From: Tubiluchus corallicola
Lineage: Eukaryota; Animalia; Priapulida
DNA: 64,000 nucleotides
Direction of reading: 5' to 3'
Assembly (NCBI GenBank): GCA_030141605.1
Contig: JAQGDQ010000134.1
Location: forward strand, 456,816-520,815
Below, in pieces: positions 1 through 13,935 of this stretch. Both the position numbers and the translations under genes were made by a program. A model generated the notes under the pieces. It ran no database searches. It was given only the letters and a program-made list of their open reading frames with translations, and was not told the DNA's origin. Positions within the stretch are counted from its first letter, which is position 1; the number at the start of each line of letters is the position of its first letter.

Positions 1-149
1 CCAGATTGCAGATTTGAATCAAGTTAGTAAGTTAGTAGAGCGGTTGCGGATCGCAATAATGTAGATTTTAATAGCAAATGCGGATTTTCAGTGGACTGCG
101 GATTTCAAGTTTGCGGACCAAACTTTTTACGGATCAAACTCGATCAAGC

Positions 150-238
150 TTGAAAATGATCAACCTCGCATAGTAAACAGAAACAAGCGAAAAAAATCTG
201 CTCATCAATGTTTACTATGCAAGGTTGATCATTTTCAA
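150..238. repeat. 30-bp inverted repeat (hairpin, 29-nt loop) in an SCPx intron
   Basis: 150-179 is the reverse complement of 209-238 at 29 of 30 positions. Confidence 0.85.
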
Positions 239-256
239 ATAATAATTAAACCTTAC

Positions 257-3200
257 CATCTGAGCCAAATGCCACTGAACCATTATCATTTTTCATGTCC
301 ACTAACCACGTGCCTTCGTTGCCGCTCGGGCCGCCGGTCACTTTAAATGCGTATACACCCTTGACCTTCTTGACTATATTTGCACCATCCTGTATTATTA
401 AGATTCATGTGATTCAAATTTTTCAAAACTGTCAAAGAAATCTTTAAACAAAGTAACAAAACTCTAAAATAAAAAGTTTATTAACTTCTTTACAAAATTT
501 GACATTTTAAAGTATTCAGATAAGAATTCGTTAAATTTTCGAGTACAATAGCTATAATAAGCCACTCAAAAGCAAAACCAATAAAATTATTTTTCTGCAA
601 AGTCCAGAAGTATTTACATTGTGAAAAACAAAACAATTGAACTATAACAGATCACAAATGAAACACCGACAACCCTCTATTTAATTTTAATGATAATCAA
701 AAAACAACATACGGCTTTTAAATGTTCAGCTATCCGATCGAACACAGGCGCACTTTGAAAACCTGCTGGTGAAGAAGCTGCACTGGTTGCCAGGGTAACC
801 ATAGTCCTCCTACAAAAAAGACAGATAACAATGAAGGCTTTATGAAGAAAATAAAACACAAACCTCAAATCTCATAAACCTTTTCAATGAAATGTGAGGG
901 CTGAATTTCCGTAATAAACAACCAAACGGAACCTGTGCCAGTTGAAGTAAAGGCTATTTTATTATGAATACAGTAAACTGATCTAAGCATTTTATCCCTA
1001 TTTTTCATACATAGTGAAGGTAACTGAAAAATAAACATTTGCATTCTAGAAAAATACCAGAAAAATATCTGCATAAGGCAAGTTCCAATGAGAACAATAG
1101 ACGAAATGTGACACTGCAGCATGAAAAGTATTACAAAATTAGAAAAATCAATAAATATGTTTGCCATTTAAGAGAGAAGCATGTTTACCTGCTGTCCGGA
1201 AAACCCATTCTGTAAAGACCAACTACTACAGCGCCTCCAAGCCCAATATTGTGCTGCAAACCGAGTTTGGCACCTTTAACCTGACGCTTGCCAGCTATGC
1301 CACGTAGTTGCCAACAGAGTTCTGCACACTGTGCTAAACCTGAACACAAACTAAATTCATAATACAGATAATTCAAAGAACTAACAAACATAGGAACATC
1401 CTAACCATTTTCTGCTCTAATTCCCATTTTACCAACAAATTCAAACCAAGCATATTTTCCCTTTTAAATTCACTCATTTAGAATAACATCCATATACTAC
1501 ATGTACAATGTTTCTCCCGATTCTAACGATGCTAAAGTATCTGCCATCATTATGTTCATTACACACTTTAATCAACAAGATCAATTTTTCTCTATTCAAC
1601 ACCATAACCTATTATTGTTCATTTGTAGCTGAATAACTAATAATTTTTTCCTTTTTGTGATCGTCTACCTATGAAATTTATAAGTGACATATTTACACAC
1701 TGGCAGGCTTTGATATAGTTTTTTCAGTTAGCCAATCAGTATTTGAGTCGTTAGGTTTGTATTTATTACTAATGCATATGTGATCGTAATGTGATGTGTT
1801 TAAACTAACTATAAACTTTTGAAATATCACTAATAACTATAAAGTCTACTGTACAATAAACATACAGACTGTTGCTATTAGCATAATAAACCTCTCACCA
1901 GCTTATTTCTAATATTACTGAAAACACAGCCTGTGAACTCCATAAAAACTCATAATGTCAAAGCAATAGCTCTAATTCGATTTACTTTAGGCCACATATG
2001 GCTGACTGTCAATGAGAAACAGTTGTAGTCAAAAGTTTTTATATTTATCAATAGAAAAAATAAACGCCATTGCCATGCTGCCATATCGAAGCAATTACAA
2101 GGAACGTAATATTGCATGAAGAAAAATGGAAGGAAGGAAGGAAGAAGAGTAAGGCAGGAAGGAAGGAAGGAAGGAAAAAAGTGAAGTTACCAGAAAACCA
2201 AAACTTTTTTAGTTTTCACAAGAGCTGAAAGGGAATTCTATACCATTTAATGAAAAATTAACTTCAAACTTTGAACTACATATATATTTCTTCTATATTC
2301 TACATATACTGGATTCATTTAGTGTCCCTATGATTTGAAGCATCACAAATATAGGAAAATAGTAAAATAAATTGATCTTGTGGTGATATACAAATCATAA
2401 ACAACCGGAATGGTCATTGCCTCAAGCAATGTACATACGAGGTATTCTACTACAAAAGATCTTTTTTGGCTTTTACGAAAGCTTGTAAAACAGTTCACAC
2501 GTCTCCATGCTCAGATTAATGTTCAAGCTACACTTACAGTTTGAAAGTAAACAAACAAACAAACAAACAAAAAAACAACAGAAATAACTATATTAAAACT
2601 GAATATGTTCACCACGGTCGTATCTAATTGGAACACAGAAAATATATTAACCTGCACTGATGATTACCCTTTACACTAAGCTATACACTTGCACTTAAAT
2701 CACGTATTCACCTACTTACAAAACCTATGGTCACATTAACTTTGATTTCTGACCTGTTAAATACACATATTGTCTGATATCATCTGACATGTGCATTAGT
2801 TTGTACTTGCACAAGAGACCTTGGCACTGATAGCTCAAAGTACAAAGTTAATCTAGATGACATAAATTAAATCCTAACAGTTCGCTACATTTTGTCACCA
2901 TTTGTTACAGCAAACTGAAAGAAATATTAAGACACCCTTATAATAAAGGGCTTGTGGTGAGTCAAGCAATAACTTTTCTGTAGTAACAGCAACTGGAATT
3001 ACCCTATTTTGGAGCTAGATTATTTTATTTCCTTTTATCACAAAAACCTGCACGTAATCTACACTGCAATTGATAACTTTGCAAACAATGTTACAATACA
3101 CTTCTAAATTTTATTAGAAAACCTGCCCGATCGGAATCCGGTTTTAGCTGGATATTTTGGGTATTTTACTCACAATAAATGTCCATTTTTAGATACAATC

Positions 3201-6200
3201 CTGTCCCAAACACTATTTTTTTATTTTTTTACATGAAGACAATGCAGAATAAAAGTTAACATTAAAGTTTCCTGATAAAGCGGAACCAATTACCTGTAGC
3301 ACCTAATGGGTGACCCTTTGATATGAGGCCACCGCTGGGATTTATCACATACTTTCCACCGTAAGTGTTGTCACCTCTATCAATCATGTTCCCAGCTTCA
3401 CCTGAAAAATATGCCAACGTGATGCAGAACTTTTCCGTCACTCTGTATGCAAGAACGAGCTTGTTTTAGCCCACAGGATAAAACAGTAACAGTTAGAGCT
3501 TACAACTAATCTTGTCAAGCGTTATCTACTAGTAACAATTGAAAAGTCGATGACAATCCGGAAACATTTTAAATTTCAAAAGAAGTTTCTTTTCTATTTA
3601 TATCAGTCTTTCAAGCAGGTAAGTGTAATGCAAAATTATATAACCTTGTGTGCAAAGTTCTTTGAGGCGTACTTTAAAATTGATTTTTCTTCCCCTTTAA
3701 TATACGCAGTAAGTGTTACCTGGTGCACAGAGCCCCAGAGCTTCATATGAAATCAACTCATTGGCAGAAAAACAATCGTGAATCTCTATGACATCAACGT
3801 CCTTCACCGACACACCTGTTTTGGTATAAAGCGCATCTGCTGCCCGTTTTGTCATATCATAACCAACCTGTATCAGTTTTAACAATTTTAGTGCATGTTT
3901 TAACAATTTTATAAGTTGGAGGTTAACAAAAATAAACTAGTAAGACATTTTCACACCATGCATTTTAATGGTCTAAAGAATTCAAAGGTGGTTCCATATC
4001 CTAATCGGTAAGCATTAGGCGCATCATTACTTTTTTCTATTAGGACCTAGTTTTTTTGCAACTGTTGTCCGTTTTACTCAACTGTAACTATCATCATCAA
4101 TGAAAGTTCTAATTCTAAATTCCAAGTACTCAAATTGTATCGTGCCAAAAAATGAAACCTCTGAGCTTGATTACAGATGCCTTATCCATTGCACTACATA
4201 CAAATACTTACTGCCTTCATACTGCTGTGTTCTGAAAAAGAACTCGGTGGGTCTGTGGACATTTCCATTCCGACTATTTCCACAGCTTGGTTCTGTAAAC
4301 CGTGTTCTTGAACAAAATCTTCACTGCAGACCACTGCTGCGGCTGAACCATCAGACGTGGGACTGAAACAATCAAATAAATAATTCACAAAAGCTAAATG
4401 TTGCATTTAGACTGTAAATATGAAGGGTGACAACTTAGATTAAAACAAGAAACAGAAATCAAACTAGAAAACATTGATCAGCCCTAGATATCACCCGTAA
4501 ATGAAGCATACAAAACACATTAAAACTGCAATTTTCTTCAAAAGTAAGCAAAAGAAGCAATGTTGGAACGGCCTACTGGCCCTGTACAGTGTACAACATC
4601 TTCAAGTAAAATATGCGAAACACATAAAATCGTACCATTTAAAATTTTAAATACTGCTTCTTGGTTGGTGTTGCAATTCTTGATGTTTTGTTTCATATAT
4701 TGTTGCCATAGATACATATGATATCTAATGATATGACATGAATACTAAATTCTAAACTTCTAAATTCTATGCCACGTGTTTATAAAAAGTCAAAAAATGC
4801 TGATTTATTTATGTTAATTTATGTTCTGTTAGCTGCTAGCAGGATACTTACCAACACTGTAGTTTTGTAAGAGGGTCATGAATCATTGGAGATTTAAGGA
4901 TCTCTTCCATGGAGTACAGTTCTTGAAACTGTGAATACCTGGAGCAAAAGAATGTTATTAGAGCAAGAGACAAACAAAACCATCAAGTACTAACAGTCCT
5001 GGGTTAGAAGGGACCCATGTAACAGAAATTAATTTTGTTTTTAGAAAGACTGGAACTTAGAATGGAGAAGAACAGAAATGAATTTGTTTCAGATAATCTA
5101 TTTACAATTTAATTAGGAAGCTTAAAAGTTTCGGTTGCATGCACTGAAATTTTATAAAGGTTTGAATGCATTCATGAATTTCATTTTCAGTAAGTATTGC
5201 TATAAAAACTGAACTCTGTGACTGTACTTGAGTAACTATTAATGAATAATGCTAAAAAACAAGGTCGTCCCAAACTATTTGGATGAATTCATTCAAAATT
5301 CGTTTTAGTATAGTGCAAGAGAGTTTCATGACGATCCATTACGAATTGGTGGTGCCATCTTAGGATTTTTTCAAAAGTGATGTTATGGCCGACATCTTGA
5401 ATTCGAAACTGTAGGTTGAAAATTCGACTACGTCAGTCACTGAGGAATTTGTGTGAAAACAATCTGATAAAGTTTCGTGATGGTCCCTTGCCAACTGACA
5501 GAACCTTAAGCTTAAGAAAAATGAGTTTTGAACTTGTTTTGAAAGAAGGCCTATTAGCAATATGCATAAAACAAAAACTAAACCAACTGAAGCAACAAAA
5601 TCAATTTCAAAACAGACTTTTTGGATAACTTCAAGTTCCTATCTCACCGAGTAGAAAAATCTTCCTTGTAAAAAAGCTAAATCTAGAGAACCTGAATACA
5701 ACCCCAGAGAGAAATCAGCAGGTTTAATAGCTTCCTAAATTATCACAACAGTTATAGCTGTTTACTTACGGATTATTAACGGAATGTTTATGGTTTTTCC
5801 AGGCTATTTTAGCAAAATGTTCCGGTTTAGTACCTAAAAAATGCACACTAGTATCAGCTACATAAAATTTTTGCAATTTACAGTTTTCCAAGAAATATTA
5901 CAACTGCAAAAAAGACTGGAATTAATAATACGTAATAGTTATTCAGTATGAGTGTGGTCTTTCTGTCATCCTGTCTCGCAAATTATATTGGAACATTGTT
6001 GTTATTTGTATGTGATCTGCAAAGAGACAATATATTATTTTAATTCTAATTTTAATTCTATTCAAGCATTTACTATAACTCTGACATTTGCTAACAATGT
6101 TTCAATTTGTTTATATAATATCTTATATATTAAGCGAGTCTGATTTACGTAAACGACTCGAAAAACATATAATATATAAGATGTACTATCATATAAATCA

Positions 6201-9200
6201 GAGAATTACATACAGTACTTTTAAAGTACTGACTGACATTACGGGCTAATCACTTGTTTCTGCACATGCATGGCATTTAAATCTAAAGCATTTTACATAC
6301 AGCAATTATACTTACCATACAACTTCATGTGTTCTTTCCCAGCATTACCAAACATTTGTGGAGCGATTGGGGAAGCTTCCAACTCATACTGTTTCAACAT
6401 CGTGTCAACATGCATCTCTATTGGATTTGCTCGATCGGTGTACTAAAAATAAACTTACACTAAAACCGCTGAAATTATTAATCTATATTTAGCTGTTAAA
6501 TCAAACAATACAAAAGTAGTGAACAAAGAAACAAGGTGTGTGAACTACTGTAATCATGAAGTGTTGATAAAAGGCTTTTTATAAGTCTGCCTCGGTACCA
6601 AAAATTTACTAAAATTATTTGAAAATAGAAATAAGTGTAAGATAAACCAGTTAAGGTACTTAACTAATGGTAGAAACCCATTATAAATTAAATTTTGAAA
6701 CGAATCTTTGACAAATAGGAAATGTGAATAAGTTAGCCTGGATTTGAATCAATCAACAAGCAGGAAGTCCCTACATTAGAACTTTTCACATGCCTTATTT
6801 TTCCGTGTTTGAAACCAAAATTCAATTATTTCTTTGTTTTTACCATCATTAATAATAGTCTATATATTAAACTTTAGAGATAGTATGTGTGCTTAGTTGT
6901 TAGATTCACCAAATCTCAGCTGCAAGCAGTTACATATCATTTGTTCACTAATTGATTGCACACTTGATAAGTATTTGTAGTAATTTTGTTTTTAGCTTAT
7001 GCAATTGTACGTAACACATCTGTGTATGTATTTGCAATGGTGTTTTTGTCTAATAAACAATAAAAAGTCTGTCTTCAGCATTAGACTGCTCATAAGACAT
7101 AAACAAGACTGGTTTACCTTTGAGCCAAGAGAACCTCTTTCCATCTTTTCAAAGCCTAGAGCTAAAACACAGTCAGCCAGACCTGTATCAAAAAATCAAT
7201 AATGCAAAAATGACTTAGTAGTATTACATTTTTATTGCAAAATTTGACTTACAGATTAATACGGTTACTAAGACTTGCACTATAATTGAGAAAATGCCAG
7301 ATTATTACATTATAGTGTTTACCCAATAGTGTGTTCGACATGTATAAAATTTGAAGAAAATTTATGCAAAACAGATATCTCAAAAGAGAAAAATGTTTCG
7401 ACAAATTTCTCTGTAAAACTGAAGCAATATCCATTAAAAATTTCTTACCGCCTTGAACTAACTGTTTAGCTACAAGCAATGCTGTACCACCTGTTGAACA
7501 ATTATTGTGCACCTGAAAATATTTAAAAAATTATAAATATCATTATCATTTAATTTTCTAGATATACAGTTATAAAGTCATCCTCATGCACTAATTTATC
7601 CAAGAAAGCTTCAAATTTTACGTAAAGAGAAAATGCCAGTTATCAACTGTTTCTAAGTGTGAATTCTTAGAAACGCTCACAGAAAGTAATTTTATAAAAG
7701 CTTATAAAAGGGTTTCTAAGAGTTCACACTTCTGGACCTGGGTCTTAACTTGTTTTTAGACAATTTGTTTTTGATTGGTTTTTAGATAAGCCCAGAAAGC
7801 TCTTCTAATCAAATCCATCATATACATCCTATGACCGCATACACTAAAAATGCTGGGTTGATTGCATACCTTCTGGAAACTATTATCACATTTCTGAAGG
7901 CTGAAAAAGTTATTTTATTTTTTTACAGAAAACACACCTACAATTGTCCTAATGAGCAGTGCTGGACAGGTTGCAAGTCAGTGTACAGTTGAATTTTGTC
8001 AACAAAATGCTTGTCGCTAGTATGATAATGGCTCGCTGCTGTACGTTCCTTCCATTGAATGTTCCATTTTGCAAAAACAGTTTGCTAACTAATATTTATA
8101 ATTAAAACACTGTAACTGTGCTCCTTTAATTAAAATCAAGTGCAATTTTGTCAGTTATCTTGTACTTCATGTTTTTTTTCGCTTACATTGTATATTGGTA
8201 TACCAGTCATGCCGATATCATACAGAGCCCTTTGTCCACAAGTTGAATCACCTACATAAACAAACGGCTTTATAACAATTGACTAAATAGAAAGAAACAG
8301 CAAAAATGAAAACAGTAATTTATTAACTAAAACCAACACTGCAAATATAAAATTATTTAGCATATTTTATCATCATCATCATTATCATCATGCTTTGTGT
8401 TCATTCGTCCAAGGACATTAATCCCATTAACCTTCTGCTTCCAAGCATTTTGGTCCCTAGCTACTCTCCAGGATGAGGTATCTTTCAGAATTAAAGATGT
8501 TCCATTGAGAGAGATCTTTTTATGTGTAATCCAGCCACATAAGTAATCTGCCACCTCTTGGTTTCTTTGATAACTGATTCATGAAAGGCTTTAATAAGAG
8601 AACTACTTTTCGGAAACCTTAAAGCATGATTCACGCAAAAAAGTCTTCTGGGTTTAATTATCCTAGTCCATTTTTATTTTTTGATTTAATCGTACAAATG
8701 TTATTCTAGTGAAATTTTTATAGTGAATTCTTAATGAAATTTTGAAAATATACAGCACTAATTACCAAAGCAGTATCCCACGCAAGCATGTTGTATGTCA
8801 TTGTATGTGAGTCTTGCATCAGATAAAGCTTTCGTAACTGAAAAAAACAAAAGAGCATTCTAGTACATCATTATATGAATTAGAATTTTCAAATGTTGCA
8901 CAATTTCAACTGTCCAAGATCTATAAATCCCTTAAGATTGTTTAGATTTAATCAGTAGACCCTGAGTCTGACTACTTAAAGGTCATAACTAACACAAAAT
9001 GATCGAAAATTTAATATAGTGCGGAAGCATTTAGAGAAACTTTGCTGTAATCACTTCTCTTCGTTTACTTTTTAGTCATTTCTGAAACATTTTAAAACAG
9101 TTATTTCAAGTCAACAGATTATGAAAGTATTTAACTGTAAAATGGCAGTTAAAAAAGTGGTCTTGAAATTTTACCACTAGAATGACAATTGCTACCCGAA

Positions 9201-11261
9201 TGACTACATATTGAAGGGTATTTCATTTTACAATTAAGCTCTAAATAAAATAAACAAATATAGTTCATCGTCTATATATTGATATTTTTTAACTGAAAAC
9301 AATCAAGGGCGAAGCAATTTTTGAACTCGGGGAGAAGCACATAAAAAATATGCCGTGACACATATTAAACAATTTTTAACGCATTGATTATACATTTTAA
9401 TTTTGTGTTTAAAATCTTAAAAACTTTAAAGGAAGTACATAATTGTTATTTCATACTTAAAATTAAAATACAAAAAAGTTTTACAGTAAACTCATAAATC
9501 TGAAAACATAATAAAAAAAGATGTATGTTATCTAAATTTTAAATATAATATGCAAACAAAATCAATGAGCTTGGCACCGTTCAAAAGGCAGCAATTTTGA
9601 AAAATGTGCTACTAGAGGGAGCAGTTGCTCTCCTTGCTCCCATATTAGCTGTGCCACTAGAGATAATATGTGACTAAATCATTCTGTAACTAGTTGTAGA
9701 GCTGTTGATACTATGACAACTTTTTCTAGGGTTATATAATAAACATTAAGTCAGGTTCGATGTGGTTTGCCAAATACACATCATACATCATTCATGATAA
9801 ATGAAGATGCAGGAATACAAACAATACCAAAGCTGAAAGCATTTATCAGGAAACATCAACATATTCTTAATCAGCACCGCATATTGAAGACATGCTGTGA
9901 AAAACTAGTGCATGCAGAATTACAGCTTTAAACAGTGGATTATATAAACCGGGACAGGACTTTGGTCAGCCTATGAGAGCTTGCCCATCTTTGGTAATTC
10001 AGTATATGTTCCTTCTAGCGGACACATCAGTTTTTGTGTAAACTTTGGAAACCAGGTTTTGATGTACAGTCATTACAGCTTTAAAGTACTTAACCTGACA
10101 GTAGCTTAGAGTACTGATGGGTTGTTACTGTAAAAGTGTGTCAAAATATGGTGAGAATTCTCTTACCATGTTGCAATCTTAAAGCAAACTAATTGAGATT
10201 TTTTGCTTATTTACAAGTACATTGTACGTGTTGAATTTCAATAAGCTAACAGCACAATGGTTACCTGCTTCCTTGGCCATGTCAGGATAATCAAAATTTT
10301 CCCGGCGTCCAGGCTTCTCAAACTACAAAACAAACAAACAGTGCTTTAAAGTAACAAGCAACTTCTATTGACCAAAACTTAAAGCTAGATGCAACTGTCA
10401 AATCTGATCCGATACCACATTATTTTCCTTCACAATTCTGGAACAAAACTCCAGAGAAAATTTGCCCAGGGAAAAAACTGAATTTATAAGCAGCTGTTAC
10501 GCAGCTATGAATGTCCAGCTTGAAGATCTGAAATAGCAGTAGTGTATAAAAGTTTGTTGTGTGTAGGCTTTAAAAATTTATGAAATGGAGCACAAAAGTC
10601 TCAAACAGGCATGCGCCTTCTTGGCATACAACATGTTTAATCCATAATTACAACAACAGTGAATGACTCAAGCTGCTTCAGTACATTCCAAACAAAACTG
10701 ATATGAGTGTTTTTATTGTCTTGTGCCTCAATCTTTGGTGTTGTCTGTCATATCGTGGTTTTTGGTGGAGGAAAACTTAAAACGGATATTTGTGAAAGGT
10801 AGCAGCACGCAATAAACCTGTGAGCAACTGTTGGCATTTACGAACTAAGGAAAAGCTTATTATCTTTCATTAGAGAAATGACAAAAGAGGCCGTTCACGC
10901 AAAAGACTTTGTAGCAACAGGCCTTTGATGCACATAAGACTGCGGGTTTCACCCCCGACAATCAGATGGGGCAAGGAACGGTGAACGGGTGAGTTAATCA
11001 GGCTGGAGCGTCAAGAGAGATTGTCATTCATTTGTTGGTATTAGGTGTTGCCCACTCAGCCGTGGGTGCTACAGTAGTTAATTAACTCACCATTGTTAGC
11101 ACTTTTGGAATACAATGGGATGTGCAGTTTAAGGCCACTCGCTCATTGGTTGATACCGGCTCAGGCATGTTCAAGTGATTATTATTTTTCATTAAAGTTT
11201 AACGTAATACCTTGGTCATCCCATTTCCGACAACGAATGCTCTTCTTAATGTCGTCCTCAT
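257..11261 (-). CDS. SCP2: Sterol carrier protein x (SCPx: peroxisomal 3-ketoacyl-CoA thiolase fused to SCP2 lipid-transfer domain), spliced, 3' end beyond window start
   Basis: Phase-consistent GT-AG exons: 11211-11261 ([17 protein letters not shown]), 10265-10322 ([19 protein letters not shown]), 8766-8837, 8187-8251 ([11 protein letters not shown]), 7449-7512 (catalytic NNCSTG), 7118-7182 (LALGFEKM), 6316-6442, 5770-5833, 4852-4938, 4212-4362 ([10 protein letters not shown]), 3720-3867 ([11 protein letters not shown]), 3294-3401 ([17 protein letters not shown]), 1189-1339 ([14 protein letters not shown]), 713-809, 257-389 ([22 protein letters not shown]2 domain). The motifs match the SCPx thiolase family. 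Confidence 0.95.
2128..2176. repeat. (GGAA)n microsatellite
   Basis: Seen directly. Confidence 0.8.
8366..8560 (-). mobile_element. Probable 3' remnant of an RTE-like LINE
   Basis: Translates to [15 protein letters not shown] (like the W..A.DR..W C-terminal motif of RTE ORFs), followed by a (GAT)n tail. Confidence 0.45.
10860..11178 (+). mobile_element. Possible degenerate LTR-retrotransposon gag/protease fragment in SCPx intron 1
   Basis: GC-richer block encoding [11 protein letters not shown] (aspartic protease DTG-like motif), interrupted by stop codons. Confidence 0.3.
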
Positions 11262-11735
11262 GATAAATGCCTTAGTTTACTTTCTCTCCAAAGGTGAACG
11301 ATTACAATGCAGACTAACAGATACACGAATATTCAACCTAAACACATCAACTACTGCACTCACTGTTAAGTGCCTGGCTCGTAAAGTAGCCTGCTACTGT
11401 GTAACACTAGCCAGCTAGCTACAGTGTGTTCTCCCAGACGCATTTAATAAATCACGCAAACAAAATTACTTAACTATTTTTAAATGTTGCATATACAAAA
11501 GTTAAGTTAGTTATGATATTTTTTTATCAATTATGTATTACCATAACTTTTTAATTATTATAGCTTTAAAATGTTTTTGCTAAAATAACAAGACATTTCT
11601 CGTTTAAAATTTGAATCTCGGGCTAGCTTTATTACGCTGCCCTTTGCAGGTTGTACAAATTTTGTTGCCTTTTGCAAATTTTAATCTTTTCGAAATCCCT
11701 GAGTAGGTAAAACGACGCAGAACATTTGTATAGTC
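11262..11735. promoter_or_regulatory. Bidirectional promoter region shared by SCPx and COX7A-like
   Basis: Divergent ATGs at 11261 (-) and 11736 (+) with 474 bp between them. A perfect CRE palindrome TGACGTCA sits at 11740-11747. Confidence 0.6.
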
Positions 11736-13553
11736 ATGTTGACGTCATCTGCTCGAGTACTGATGAGATACACTCCTCGGGTAGGTTTTTATACGGTACT
11801 GTTTTAATAGTCATTTATTTTATTTAATATCCTACTATTAAGTACTGACCTAAGTTTAAGTTTATTATAATACCATACTAAATGTAATGGTAATACACCA
11901 TCATGCAAAACACAAGAAATGGTAAAGTCCGTCAACCGTTACTGGTAACGTACTTATATTCACTACTGAAAGATTGACGACAACAACAATTTTCGTTGTT
12001 TATATCAATAGGCCTTGATGAATTATTATATGACACATATAGTTACCAACAATAAAAAGATTACACATGCGCAAAGACGTTATAAAGTTTCTAAGTGAGT
12101 TTTTTGGGCTCTTTGTAATCCCTTATCCTTTGAAAGTCAGCCTTTGTATAAAACATACTCATTATTGCATGTATATTAGTATTACTATTAGTATTTCATC
12201 GTTTTGTGTCGCAAGTTCTGTAGCTTATGTCACTTATGAAGTTTTAAATTGAGTTTTTTGGATTCAGTGTAATCCCTTGTCCTTTAAAAGCCAGGTTTTA
12301 TAAAAAGCGGCATTTATGACTAGTGCTTGTTTATTATATCGTTTTGTGTCACAAGTTGTGTAGCTTATGGTACAGGTTGTAGAACTGTACCAATATCACT
12401 TTTTTTGAAAATGAAAGTCATAGAACTAACTATATGCTTACTAAGTAGCCAAATGATTGATAATTATTTTTAACATTCTTTTATTTTAGTTAAAGATGTT
12501 AACGAGGTCTTACAAAGCATCAGAGTTAGTTCCTGGTTCTAAGGGAAAGTATCATCCAAGAATTAGAGAACTGCAAGAACTGATGACTGTGAGTTTAGTG
12601 ATTATTGTTTTATGGGTAGTTTGATTACTAGTTCAATGTTAGACACTCCACAGATGGCAATATCAATTCTCAATTTTTAGCAATTTGAATGTGTTGCAAA
12701 TGCAGTAATTTTTTAAATGAAGTTTAGATTTAATTAGGCAAGTAAATTGTCAGTAATATATGGGAGTTATGAAGCTTTTCATTTTATGCTTTTATTCATT
12801 TTGAGGAGGAACCACAATATTCCAAATGCATTAAACTCATGCTCGGTTCAGGTTTATATGAAGATGCTAAAAAGTTTTGTTTAGCTACTATTTACAGTTC
12901 ACACTCCTCTCTGTGTCAGCAACCCTTGATTTGCACTTTTAACCCTGAAACTAGTAAAACAGTTTGTCTTTCTTGCCCTGTTTTTTTTGGAGAGCGTGTC
13001 TTTTATTTTACTTATTTTGGGATGCCTCCCAATAAAGAGGACCAGAATGCAGTGCTGGATTTGGCACATCCTGCTTACTCATTTTTTGTAAATTTAGTAG
13101 TTTCTATAAATTGTGAGAAGTGAAAATTAGGCTCCTTTATGGTCTGTGCAATAGTTTGTACAATATTTATGCAAAATGTCAACCTCTTATGATGAAAACT
13201 GTGACCTGTGATTGCTTTCAGATATAAATGTGACAACAACATGGGTCAACAACGACATGACTAAGTTTTAGAGAGCCCAAACTTCCCAGTGGATTCAGAA
13301 ACAAAATTAGGAAGTTGAACAGCATGATTAAACGTAAATTAGTTTTTATTGTATGATAATAAAAAAAATCTTATTTGTTTCTTTTTGTTGCTTTCAGCGT
13401 AATGATGGACTTCCTGTTCACAGAAAGCGTGGATTCCGTGACGATGTGTTATACCAAACAACACTACTTCTTTCGGCAATAACTGTTGTCAGTGGGTTGT
13501 ATGTTATCCTAGATTTTGCCTATCCCGGTGTTCTTAGTGAAAAGAAAAACTAG
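11736..13553 (+). CDS. COX7A: Cytochrome c oxidase subunit 7A-family protein (COX7A/COX7A2L-like), 99 aa, 3 exons
   Basis: Exons 11736-11780 (MLTSSARVLMRYTPR, basic mitochondrial-targeting-like), 12490-12588 (..RIRELQELMT) and 13398-13553 (RNDGLPVHRKRGFRDDVLYQTT plus a hydrophobic helix). All are phase-0 GT-AG. It resembles the COX7A signature D-G-x-P-V-H-L-K-G-G-x-x-D-x-x-L-Y. Confidence 0.85.
12097..12368. repeat. Local duplication (two diverged 120-130-bp copies) in COX7A intron 1
   Basis: tgagttttttgg..tgtaatccctt..atcgttttgtgtc..tagcttatg occurs twice. Confidence 0.7.
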
Positions 13554-13852
13554 TATTATAGAACATTTGCATAAACGTATGATTAAATCATACCAAATAT
13601 ATAGCGATGTCGATAAAAAGCTCTAATACCCGCACAATCTAGAACACAGTATAACTGTGACTCACCATAGGCCTAACACTTTTCAAAAAAAATTTAATGA
13701 CAAAGGTGTGGTAAAATTTGTAAGACAACAGAAATTAGCACTTTTTTAATTAGTGAAAAACTACAAGCTGACAAGTACCAGTGAAATGCGCTGTGATTAA
13801 TGTAGTTCCGTTTTCTAGCATAGCAGTGTAATTTCTGTTAAAAGCTATGCAC

Positions 13853-13858
13853 AATAAA
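13853..13858 (+). promoter_or_regulatory. Candidate polyadenylation signal of the COX7A-like gene
   Basis: AATAAA 300 nt after the stop codon, followed by a T/GT-rich tract. Confidence 0.5.
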
Positions 13859-13935
13859 TGGAAAATATGAGTCTTATATACAAAATTGAATGTTTATTTT
13901 TTCATGTCCTGTAGTCAGTTAAAAACATGGTTGAG

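Noticed and set aside
13188-13270. ATGATGA C-box-like motif in COX7A intron 2 (possible snoRNA)
   Set aside because: No terminal CTGA D box or closing stem at a suitable distance.
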